In this document: in pieces, positions 1 through 12,700 of the stretch
Layout: every line of letters begins with the position of its first letter
Position numbering within the stretch: position 1 is the stretch's first letter
Origin: Botryllus schlosseri
Lineage: Eukaryota
Length of the DNA: 64,000 nt
Direction of reading: 5' to 3'
Assembly: GCA_051294905.1 (NCBI GenBank)
Contig: CM119384.1
Span: 15,128,001-15,192,000, forward strand
Program-made: the position numbers and the translations under genes
Notes under the pieces: model-generated
Databases searched by the model: none
Told to the model about the DNA's origin: nothing
What the model saw: the letters and a program-made list of their open reading frames with translations, nothing else

Positions 1-179
1 ATTGCGGTGCGTTGACCATAACACCATGTTTACCTACTTGTTTTATTTGACCGTTTATGATTTACAATGAGCAGACAATTAGCCGTTTACAACGGTAGGC
101 CTATAAAATAGGCTACAAGCTGTAAAATATCAAATGATAAATTCACTGACATTGCAAAATCTACGATACGAACGAAATG

Positions 180-280
180 CAGACGTCAAAAAAATTTTGA
201 CTTGATGAAAAATTTTGACAAATTTTGACCTAACGCTACAATTTTGACAAATTTTGACATGTCAAAAAAAAACCGCCCTA
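180..280. mobile_element. Probable MITE end with repeated AATTTTGAC subterminal motifs
   Basis: Several AATTTTGAC copies ending in AAACCGCCCTA, like the CCCTA termini of other MITEs in this window. Confidence 0.4.
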
Positions 281-788
281 CTCATGACCATTGAACATCC
301 GTGTTCAGTACTTGTACTTGCATTTTTTGTGTAGTGTGTCACCCCTGTGTTACACAAATTGGCATGATGTCACATTAGTATATTTGCTCCTAGAAATAGG
401 CAGGCAGGGATGGAATGTTGGTGTTAGACTTGCTTAGTCTAACACAATGACATCACAGTCATGTTTAATGATTATAGCTTTCCGTCGGTTTTTGTGGGAT
501 CGCTTTTGATAGTGTCACTGAGCAAAGAGTTTATGAAGTCCTGATCAAAATCATAGCAAACTTTCGCATGTTGAGGATGCACAATCTCACATTCGTGTTC
601 AATGCGTGGTTTTGTAAAATAATTGGGTAGCACCAATTTCAATGTTTAGGGGTCTGTGAGCATTGACTATTATGGCATGCAACTTTGTTCATTTTTTAGT
701 TGAATCCGAAGCTATTCTGAATCTCATTTTAATTTGAAACATTCCTCAGTGGTAGATCTTCAGATTTCTACTCGTTAGTTTAGTTACT

Positions 789-3700
789 ATGTCGACTATG
801 AAAGATCTTGTTTCTGGTGCTTGTGGAGGCAGTAATCCTCTTGTGAAAGCCACCCAGCATGTTAAACAAAATATGGCATTTGGTCCTGCCGGAGTTATGA
901 GAGGAAATAATGGTTTGTTTGGCAATTTTTTTAACCAACTTGCCATACTTTCGTTTGTTTGCCTGCCTTAGGATTTTGCTATCTGCTGATGTATTCCTGG
1001 TAAACTACATGCATAGGCGGTTAGGCGTAGCCATGACCATGATGAACATTCACGATTACATTCAACAATTTTTGTGAGCGAAAGTTCTTAGTAATCATGT
1101 GTTGTCACAGTTCGATTGTGATGTAGTTATATCAGGTGACATCCAGATGACATCGCAATGCTGACAATGTCGGTGGAGGTAGAGGCTAGGGATGGTGTGA
1201 ACACGAGGTTCACGTTAATGTTCTGTGTTTGAACCTCATAAATTTATAGGTTCTGGACTGTGAACCTTTTACATATTACAATTTAACGTCAGAAGGTCTT
1301 TACATATTACAATTTAACGTCAGAAGGTCTTTGGTTGAATTCCTTTGCATTCGTTCAACTTCAGACCTCTATGCACGGCGCTAGCAGCAAAACGAAAAAT
1401 CAATACTATACGAGCGATTACCAGTGAACTCGGCCCTCGTTGAACTTGGCCCTCAGGCCCTCGAACAATTTTGCATTGAAAATGCATTTAATATGAATTA
1501 TGATTCTTAGATAGGGAACGTGCCGTGGTAGATCTCGCAGTGCGAGAGTCTGATATCGAAGACTCCACCACGCACGCTACCGGTTCACCATGATTGGTTA
1601 CTGGAATTATCGAATGTAAACATGGAATGGCAACGACCGATTTTGCAGCTTTGTTCCGCCTCGCTGAGGCTGTATTCAGAATTGTTTTTTCGTAAACGGC
1701 TGTAGGATTTCTGGCAATTCAGAATCTTCCACTTCCAGAGGGCAGAATTTACTGAATCTGGCTTTATCAAAAGCTACTGTCGCACTGATTCCGAAAATAT
1801 AAATGAATATATGGTTCTCTTTTCAGATTTCCAAAATATGGTAACCCTAGATATCATTCTTAGGAAATATCCTTGTCAGGGCACCCTAACTTGGACCCTA
1901 ACCCACTACCAACCCTAATATCCCCCTCCCCCAACCCTAATGTCCCTCCTCCCCTAACCCTAATCTTGGGATACCTTAACCCCAACTTGAACCCTAACCC
2001 TAATATCCCCCCTTCCCCAACCCTAATGCCTCCCAACCCTAATATCCTCCGCCAACCCTAATATCCCCCCTTCCCCAACCCTAATACCCCACTCCTAACC
2101 TGCAATTGCAATAACGAGCAGACCATGCGTGGTTGATATATGTGGGAGTCGCGTTATCTCCCGCGCTTACGCAATCCGTGATCATGTGATATAATCACGC
2201 TGTGACTTCGTGATCTACGCATGCCCTGACCTCCGTACAATATTGACAAATCCCTTGATAATAATATTATTAGTTTGATAATTCATATTAATAGTTGTTA
2301 ATACGCTATAATACAAAATTTCCAGAGGGCCGAGTTTGTGGGGCTGAATTCACCGAGGGCCGAGTTCACTGGCAACCATACGAGCATGCACCTTGGCAAT
2401 TTCAAAAATTTAACTTGCTTTGTTACAAAGTTTGCTCGAAATATCCAGCTTTTCGTTTGTGAATATTTTGTCAGCTTGAATCACACAACATCCCGAACTA
2501 AATTCATTACAGGTAGTCAGCAAATGATGCTCATTCGACTAATCGATGAGATTGATGTAAAAAATACGTGAATGCCTGATCGCCCTGATGTAAAAATCTA
2601 GCAGGCATATACGGGAGCCATCTTGATTTGATATGTTTATTGTATCATAAGAACCAAATCCGTGCATTTTGGGTGTTGGCTACTGTATAACTTGTTTATG
2701 GGGTAATATCGGTAACAAGTGTAGGAACCCGGTTTACACTCTACGCATTACACTGGTCAACACATATTTTTAGGCAGACAAAGTAGAGTGGTTTGGGGTG
2801 TTCTGAAGGGCACTGATTCCGAATATGACCTTAGTTTTTTTCAAATTGGCTCTTGTTGTGGAGATAACTAGGGCTGGGCAAAATCGAGTACTTGAGTGAT
2901 TCTATTCTGAATCACGTAATATGCTTCGAGTCGAGTCGAGTAATCGAGTATCAATCATTATGACGTCACAACTGGATGTGACATGTCGAAGTCCAAATAT
3001 GAAACTTTTATGCCACCACAAAGAACGTAATGCATGTTATCCATCACATAGATGCTTTGGTATTTTTTTCGACCATACCGATTTCATTGCACTTCTTAAC
3101 AATTTTGTTGGATGATGCTGACTTTGGAAATGTGTTATTTCCAGTAACGTTCATAGTTTTAAACTGTGCCTGGTATGCTGAAACACGGCCAATCAAGGTT
3201 TCACGGCTTCCTCAGTGGAAAATAGTATCAAACTATAATTCTCGTCAGTAAATTAACTTTCAGTTGCCAGGACCGTATAATTTCAGTACTCGAAAAAATG
3301 GTCTTTTACTACTCGACTCGAATCATTAAAATTACTACTCGAATCAGATTCGAATACTCGAATCATTTTGCCCAGCCCTAGAGATAACCCATGAGGCTAT
3401 TTTGACCAAAATCTCCCATTTTCGCGGTTATGACTTGATATGAAATCGGCTCAGTCGTACTATAAAGTTTCGAAATTCCATCTACTTGTTATTTTTACAC
3501 ACAGAAGACTCTTTTAAATCAAAATACAGCAACAGCACTATATTTAGGGGTAATAGATTTATCATAGTTACAGACTTTCATGGGTATCATGTACATGAAT
3601 AAACTTCAGTCATGTATATAAGTATTTACCTAGATACTAAAATAACGTGGCATTAATTCAAATAATTTTGCGTCAACCACCTATTGTAAATTCGAAATAA

Positions 3701-6700
3701 TCAGTTGGAGTATAATATTATTATTTTTATTTTAAAGCACAATTGTTTTTTGTACGATATTCGCCTGTAAGCTATTTAGTGCAGTTTCTCGAAAGGTTCC
3801 GGCAATGGTCTGCCATATAGTATGTTCAATTGTTCATCTCATCTGTCCTGATATCTTTCATTTGTTGTTCTGATGTCTTGGTAGAACCTCTTCCCTTGCC
3901 AATCAACAAGTTGATCAGGAAATATATCAATATGACTGAAGAGGAAGTGAACTTTTCTGCTTATGTTTGTGCCGAAGTTTTCGATATGCAGATACCAATA
4001 CTCGGACCAACTGTTTGTAGTTGGGTGCTTTGTGATCATATAAAAAGTTTTTATTTACTACATCTTAGGAGAAATTACATGCAGTGAACTCCTTCCTAAT
4101 GCGAAAATTAGAATCTTTCATCGGTATTCGAATATACCAGATACCAGATTCAGGCTTCTCGTTCGATAGGGTTACTAGGTATACCGTACCCATTTTGTTG
4201 ACTCAGCGGAAAATAATCCATTTACCAGTCGAAAGAAATGAGACGCATATGAGTATTGTAGTTGAGCTTTTCAAGGACAAATTTTATAGTTTTATACTCT
4301 TCTTTAATCTTGGTAGAATGACCAATTGATACAGGAGAATATGTATTTCCGTTGTGCAAAAGTACAATTTTTAGGCTTCACAAACTGCTTTTTTGACAAA
4401 CAAATATTTTACATCATGTCATGTTAATATTTATAGAATGACTGAGAACAATTTGAGGGTTCTTCCTACTAAATTATCTATTTATGCGCAGTATAAAATT
4501 AGAAAAAACTGCGATTTTCTTCCTACCAAGTGAAATATTCAAGCGTTTTGAGCCTTTTTCGGGGTATAAATATCTTCCGACAAAGAGCCAATCTGACAAA
4601 ACTAGTGTGATATTCGTAATCAGCAACCTCAAAAACCCTAGAAACGGCTCTGAGATGTTCTGCTTAAAAATATTTTTTTCGGTTTGTTGACCAGTGTTAT
4701 CAATATACCAATAGTCAGACGCTAAATGCATTGTCCTACCTGACCTACACCGTTAAGGCGTAAGCCTATCTTCCCTTGCAGGTCCTCGTTGAAATTGTTG
4801 GCAAAGTGACGGAAGACATTGATTTTAAGGGATTATTATAGCATTTGATTGTTCCGATAGATACATTTGCTGACATTTAAAAAGTCAGCATGTACCACAG
4901 CAATGTGGAATAATTTGGCCGAGTCGTCGCAATCTACTGTTCATATATTAATACATCACTAAACTGAAATGTAGGGTTGGCATTTGCAATATGACTTCAC
5001 GTGACGTCATGGGTTCACGTTCACACAAAACCTTTCAAAGAAATTCGCATTCACACGAACCTGAACCTTTCAGGGGTTTGCACCATCCCTAGTAGAGGCC
5101 CTATTGACTACTCCAAACAAATCGGTATTGTTCAACCCGATAATGCTGATTTGGTGCGTCTCGCAAACTTTTTCCTTGTGGCCCCGGAATTTTTTTTAAT
5201 TTCATTATGGTCCGTCACGACTTTGAAACCAAACATCCCAATGATAGGCATAGTTTAGTGAGGTTTTTGGAGTCCACTGTCAATGATGCCTACCAAATAA
5301 CGTTCACCCAGTGACATTTCAAAACAGAGAACCACTCGAAGAAGCGGAATTTATTGAGGATTGCGTACTCAATGTTGTCAGTTCATGTGTTTTGAAGTAA
5401 AATGAAATCGGCAAATCTACAGTTCCCTACTCTCACGTTTCTATTTTGTTTTAAGCATTGAATTAATCAAAACCAACGTTCATTCAAAATTTTTAAACAT
5501 AGGTTAACGAGAATAACCATAAAATATCATTAATTATGATGTGTAGGGGTTGTAAATTTTATTAAAATCTGCATACATTAGCATATAATCTCCGTTTCTT
5601 GGATCACAAGCCTTTTGTTTTGACATTTTCGATTTTGGCATATGATCCTAATTATTCTATAGTGCGACCCACGAACCTGTGACAAATAAATTTTGATTTT
5701 GTATGCAGTCCCTTGCTCACAAAAGTTGAATTTATGACATCACAATGAAATGAAGTTTATTATTGTGTGATGATACGGTGCGTCTCCACCTGGGATGCAA
5801 GATGTTTGAAATCAGGCTGATATATCGTCAAAACAGTTCTGAGCAATTCCTTCAAGTGCTGACGAGAATTTAAGGACATTTTCGAAATTTTCTTGGCCAA
5901 ACTCTGCACTCTGCAGTTATTGCTAGCCTTTACAATACAAATCAAAGAAACATATTGGTATTCACCATTGCTAGCCCGGAAATGATTGCGACATGCGCTG
6001 GCATAATTAATAATTGAGTTCATTGTTGAACACAATGATTTATCATTGATTGATGACCAGGCATTCATTGTTGCGGGTGAAACGTTTACTACAGGGTTAG
6101 AAATTTGCAACAGTAACTCTCGAAATCGTGAACTCGATTGCGAAAGTTACAATTGCGAATTTCCAACCCTGTAGTGCCACCAACCCCGTTACTTTACAAG
6201 TCTTGCTTAAACCATAAGGAAAGAAACAACCACGCATAATCCTCTCTAGCAAAATAGCGAAACACTTGTGCAATCAATTTTGAGAGCCACTATCAAAGGC
6301 TGAATAAGCCGCAGTTTGCCCAACCCTGCTAACTGCTATCTGCGGTTATTGCTCATATATGTATTATTGTATAACTGTTATGACGATTTCAATCATCAAT
6401 ACAATTCGAATTTTTCAGATAGTCATGGTGCGGGTGATTCGAGACTTGATGGTTCAGCTGCTGGCTTCCATCATACCTTCCACATGGGAGAACTATTACA
6501 TCAAGCCAAGCAGCTCGAAGAAAGGAATAAGGAATCTCAAGGTTGGAAGGCATTTCCCCAACGTTTTCAGCCATTCATTTATTCTGTGTTTGTAGATCCA
6601 CAATTTGTAACTGCACCAAAGCAATGGAAGAATGACTACCAAGGTTTCCAACAAACCGCTTATGAAGATAATCCTCAGAAACAAGATACCCGTAACCCAT

Positions 6701-9700
6701 CTGGAAGCTTTTCGATGCAAGGTACCATGATTCTTTTCTGATGGTATGTTGTCTCTAGGTTAACAAGCACATCGCACATGATTAGCAATATAGTGTGCTA
6801 CTGCCCTTGTTTGCTGTGATTGCCTCTTCCGTCATGTAGTTTTACTCTCCTAATTGATAGCTTAATTTGACTTATCTGTATTTCTAAGATCAATATACCT
6901 GTGTCTCGACTCTAGCAGACATTTCTGAAATCCATCAAACTTATGCAAAGGATTTAGCCAAAACCTGTCAGTTTCTCAGCGTTGTGAGGTACCAATTTTT
7001 TTTGTTTAGATGTGAAGCAGGCGCCTGGCATGGTATGGCCCCCCATATTCAGACCACCGGCTCCATCAGCACTACTCGGTGGGCCTAATATCCGGGAGGT
7101 TCACCACCCTATCTCAGAAGAATGGTAAGAAACTGATAATGCTATGTTTCTTTCAAGTTGATGTGTTCCTATGTTGTTTTATTCAACTTAAAGTTGATAT
7201 TTATGACTGCCTCATTCCTGGCATCAAGGAAATTCCTGCAAATCTATCATTAGGGCTTTTCAGAATTGTTGGTTTGCCTGATTCAATTTAGAGCAGTGGT
7301 TCTCATACACGGGTCTGTGGCACGTTTCCTGCCGGTCCACCCAATATATTGGGATTTTGTATCTTTATTGCAAAGCCAAGAAGGTGGACGCTTGTCAATT
7401 ACCGTAATTTAAGAAATAAAACATCTAATTTTAAATTTATTTAGAACTGCGGGATATTTTTCTGCATGGTGTCGTAATAGAGATTTCATAAGAATATCGG
7501 CCTGTTATAAATGAACATTGTAGTAAAAAAACACCATGAATACCACAAACAACAACAGACGAGAAAGGGCGTCTCCAATCAGCAATTCATCTATTTTGTC
7601 GAACACAAAGGGATTGTGAGGAGGTTGCGGTGCGGCAATTGTTTGCTGATTATAACGATAAATTGGTCTGGATTGCTGCATTTTCCGATCAACGTTCGCA
7701 AAGTCTTTGGAGGAAAGAATGAATTTCAATCTCACTCATACGCAATAACGCACTGTCGGATTCCACGCTCCAATCAATATGATTGTGACGAAAATCTGGC
7801 TCACGAATTGTGAGCATAGCAACGTGGCTTAATGGCGCAAAACAATTTAATTTGGGGTAGGGGAATGTGAAATTACCCTTCTAATCTTGAGAATATAAAG
7901 TGTTTGGAATATTTGGAAAATTAAATACGAAAGTGTAACATTTAAAACGTCTTTGCGACCCACCTGAAATAGCTTGGCGACCCACCGGTTGAGAAGCACT
8001 GGTCAAGTTTTCTAGTATCGTTCGTTATGACATGATCCAAGTTAGAAAGAAGAGAAAAGTTCGAATACGTTCTTTTCGACCACAAATACTCCATTGCTGT
8101 TAACTCTTCAAAACAAATAGTTTTGTGTTTGTTGACCATGACATAACCTATTGTGACTGCTGGATCACAATACCTGTCGTTTCCACAATCATGTGACGAC
8201 GCTCAGAGCCCAGCTACTCCAACATTTATTTTTTATTAACTATCAGCATTCAGCCCAGTGAATGACTTTTAATGCTTTGTATTACCCCATGTTATTTCAT
8301 GTCGCCGTTCTATTTTCCATGAACATTGCAAGACTTGAGCCACTGCTGTAAAAATGTAAATTATTCGTATTGAGCCATTCAAGTCCAAAATCGCTACCCT
8401 GATGTTGAATGAAGAGAGGCTTCAAGTACATCTGCATGAATACATATTTGGGTCATCATTATGCATATATTGGTTAATCTTGACAATAATGATGTCATTT
8501 TGAGCTCAGTGACATATTGACATTTGAATATGTTTGATTATGTTACTTGAATGTTACTTAGTAATAATAATTTTATTTCTACTAGGTATGCAATTTTAAT
8601 AACCGATATACTATACTACTTTAGGTCAAAAGATTATCAAGTTGAAGATAATGAACCAGGAATACTCGACAGCAACACTTCTGAGGTGAAGGGTCAAACA
8701 TCTTCAACAGCTGGTATGTACAAACTAGCAGCCCATTTCCTCTGTTATTCATTTATTCAATATAACTTTTCAGGCCTTGGATCAGAGAAGAATGATGCCT
8801 GGACTCGGCAATTGAACGACGTAAGTTTCACAATAAATATTACTCTATCTTTTATTAGGGAACCACAATATATTTGACTGCAGCGTTGAGTGTTTTATAT
8901 CCTTGCTGCGTTACACTTGGCACCAATTCTTAACTCGACTAACAAATAAGATGACTAAAATGAACTACAAACTTAAATTTTCAAGATTTAATCAGAATTT
9001 TTAGTTTTGGCATCCAGCTCCTGTTCATTCCATCACATTGCGTTTTATGTATTGCATTGTACAATGTGCATTGCGTGTGGATGAAAAGAATAGAGCTGTT
9101 AATTGCAATTATTTTGATTGATTTACATTTTCAGCCTTTGAACCGAATGAGGTTTTCCGGGGTGTGTCAATGAATCTTACACTCTGAATAGGATTGAAGT
9201 TTTGTTATCACATTTTCTTGGTGATGAATAAGATGACTGATTGTTCGACAAGAGATCAATTCATCGCTTCCTGTCACATTGCATTGTAGCCCCACCACAT
9301 GCCACGAGTTTTCAATCTGAGGTTTTGTTGATTTTTCACATCCATTCTTTTCGTACCTTCTTGGCAGTGGTTTATCCAGTTGAGGGTCGACATCCCTCCC
9401 ATTCCAAACTTGAAACCCCATACTTTTGAAGGTTACCAGTGAATTCGGCTCTCGTCAATTTGCCAGCTGATGTTGAGCAGACCCAATCATGGAAAGTATA
9501 GGTCAAATTCACCAACCAAGTGTGTGCCAACAGAGTTTGTGCAACATCTAAAAATAGTAAATTGAGCTTGACGCTCTCTTCACCCCTATTATTCGAAATT
9601 TCATGCCGCTGAAATCGTATCTTATGATAGGTTTGTTGATATACCGAAACAATGTTCTTTCCAATTCCCTACTAGTTGCTGACAATCGTCCCTGACGAGT

Positions 9701-12700
9701 GTCAGCTGAGAATAGAGGCTTCATCTCCATATACTATTCAATTGTATATTGAAGTTCTGCACCTCCAAGAAGCCCTTCAAATTCAGCATCTCAATAACAG
9801 ATGTATTAATCGATAGCAATATGTGGTTCTGGAGGGTATCAATAGTATGTGCCGAAAGTATGATTAGTCTCTTGCAAGCAATCCAATTGATACAGTACTA
9901 ATATACGGCTTCCGCAAGGAACAGAGTGCATGCTCCACAAAATATTTAGTATCTTTGTGATTAGAACAATAACATTTATTTCTAATTTTAACAAACTACC
10001 TACTGTACCCTTAAAGCATGACATACGGTAATGAAATTTCATGACCTAATCTGCGCTATGCCCTGATCTAACCTCACCACTAGCCTAATCCTTGGCCATA
10101 CAAACCATAGGCCCACACATAACCCAACGATTGGTCCCCGACAGGACATGATCTCTCACCCAAACTAACCTCAAGCCAACCAATCGGGTTACTTCGCTGG
10201 TATTTGAAAATGAACAAGTTAGATTTAGAGTGTTATAGAAAAAATTATACTCCTCTCTGGTATCTAGTAAAACGGCAAGATAGCGTAATGATGAAGCGTC
10301 CGTCTTCCTAATCGGTAGGGGGTGGATTCGATCCACAGTAGTGTCAGACCAAAGACCTGATTTGATTAGTAACACTGGTATCCATGACTTCCCCGCTTGG
10401 CGCTCATGCATTACAGTGGTAGCGTGGAGGGGGTGGTGCAAGACGTGAAAAGCCGTACAAGTCTACATCTGTACCTTCCTCGTCCTGCGGCATATGCACA
10501 TCATGCACTCATGGTGTCCATATACACAGATCGTGTGTATGTATATCATGAGTCGGTGTATATGCCGCATAAACATCTAGGACAAAAATAAACTACATCT
10601 TCCCGTCACTGGTATGGGTGACATGATAGCATGGATTGCATAATTTCCTTGGCAGGTTGAAGATCACGTCAACGTATCGCATGAACCCTCTCCATCTGAT
10701 CTCCTTGGATCCGTATTGGCACTTATGGAAGAACTAGAATCGATGGAATCATCGGAAGACGAATCTGATAGCGCAGAAGATGAGGATTCTCAGACAGTGA
10801 GGAAAATTACGCATCGTCACTGTCTAGATGGGTGGATATTTGTCATCAAACAATATATATATTCGTTCTCCCTTCTAGAATAAAACTGAATGCAAATAAC
10901 AAATGTCGCTTTGTCAATGGAAATAAGTCGATGCTAAGTTTGTTCTACGGTGTCACTTCAATAGTTAATTCTGCTAATCATCAAGCCAAATATAGGAATA
11001 AAAGAGCAATACGTGAAATATTTTTATCAAGTTGATCTGCCATGCTCTGAGAAGGCCAGTGTCGTAGTTTTACCTGTTTACTTCAGGGTCTACCTTATCG
11101 CTTCCAAAAGGATAATCCGTATCTGGACATGAACACGGAAGATGCCTTTGAAAAGGGAATGGAATATCTAAAAGTTTACGATACCGTAAACGCTACCTTG
11201 ATGTTTGAAGCTGCTTTGAATACAAATCGTCAGAACGCAAAGGTAACGTATGGCTTTCATTGTGATTTTGAGGATATTTCAAAGTAACAATCTCAATCTA
11301 ATCCTACAGGCTTGGCTGCACCTCGGTATGGCACAAGCCAAGAACTTGTACGTTTATGACGCTCTCAGAGCTTTTCGAAAGTATGGTTTAAGATTTGTGT
11401 TTTTTGAGTCACTATTTCCATATTCACTACAAAGATACATGCTTGATATTGCATCGTACTATTCATCGTATAATGGTTCCCACATTAATCTCAGCATATT
11501 CGCTTCTCTGTGTCACTGTGTGGGCTGCATCTTGTCCTTGAAATGTCTATTTATATTATTATTACATGCGCCTTTCTGTTATTCTCAACTGTTGAGCCTA
11601 CTTTTCAAATTTTGCGGAGTCAGATTGCAGGCAACAACTCTTCTATGATGCTTAGTGTTTTTAGGATATATAGAGACATGTGTTACGTAATCGCTATACA
11701 GTTGCCGTGCGGATGGTTGAGCCTGTTGCCTGATTAGGGAGATAATTTTCGCTTGAGTAAATCAGTGAATCTTCGCTAATTATTTTGTATGTTCGATATG
11801 GTGAATTGTTCGATAGTAATATGTTACCTTTATTTTGCAGCTGTTATCATTATGACCCAAACATGACGGAATCACTGCTTGGTGTGGCGTCAGTTCAGCA
11901 AAGTCGTGACAAGGATGCCACATGTATGGCTTTGATAGAATGGGTAAAAGTTCATCCGAAATACAAGCATTTGAAGGCAGATAACAAGACACGAATTGAA
12001 CTGGCATCTAGCAGCTTGTCTCGTGGGAATTATTATACGAATTGGTAAGAACGTCTTAATAACTGTTATGTATTAGGACAGTGGTTCTCAACCGGGGTTA
12101 ATATATAGTTCTATTATAATTAGTGTTAGAGCTACTCTCAAGAGCTCAATATCACTAATTGGCAATTACTAGTCGCTTGTATGTGGCTACAAATTAAGAT
12201 ACTATCAAGTAAACAGGTGTCCAGCTTAGAACAGGTTTGAAATTTTTCAAATCTATCGAGGTAACCATCCATTTATTAGGGTTAAGTACGTATGTCCCGC
12301 CTGCCTAGAATGCAAGAATCAGACCAGCTTCCTTGTGTTGATGAACTTACGCAAATACGCATACAATGTAAATTACCCGGAATAATCTCAATGTTCGCGC
12401 GTATCACAATATCACGTCCATGAGAAGCAAAGATGAAATTTCGATCTCCTACCGGATCAGACCAGAGACTCGAAAACTGGTGTCTGCTGCTATCTGGCTA
12501 GGTGCTCAGTATTCACGGATAGCGTGGAGGAGAAAAAAAACGGGGGTGCAGACTAGATGACGTTACGGTCGTATCGCATCTTCGTCGTCAAAAGCATCTC
12601 AATGGTGCAGGCCAAAACGAATACACCTCTTTCTGTGCTTCCAGGCCTTTTATTTAATTTGGTATGAATGTTTGTCGATAGTATTTCTGCGGGATTTTAA

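Noticed and set aside
1873-2100. Proline-rich ORF or true telomeric array
   Set aside because: Translation of a degenerate CCCTAA-containing repeat inside a transposon-like element; not a pure (TTAGGG)n tract.
2513-3960. Extra PEX5-like exons near 2513 and 3885
   Set aside because: Plausible acceptors, but I found no donor giving the required phase and no PEX5 similarity.
9675-9720. Hammerhead ribozyme (CTGACGA core)
   Set aside because: No correctly placed GAAA or three-stem architecture; other copies of this repeat lack the core.
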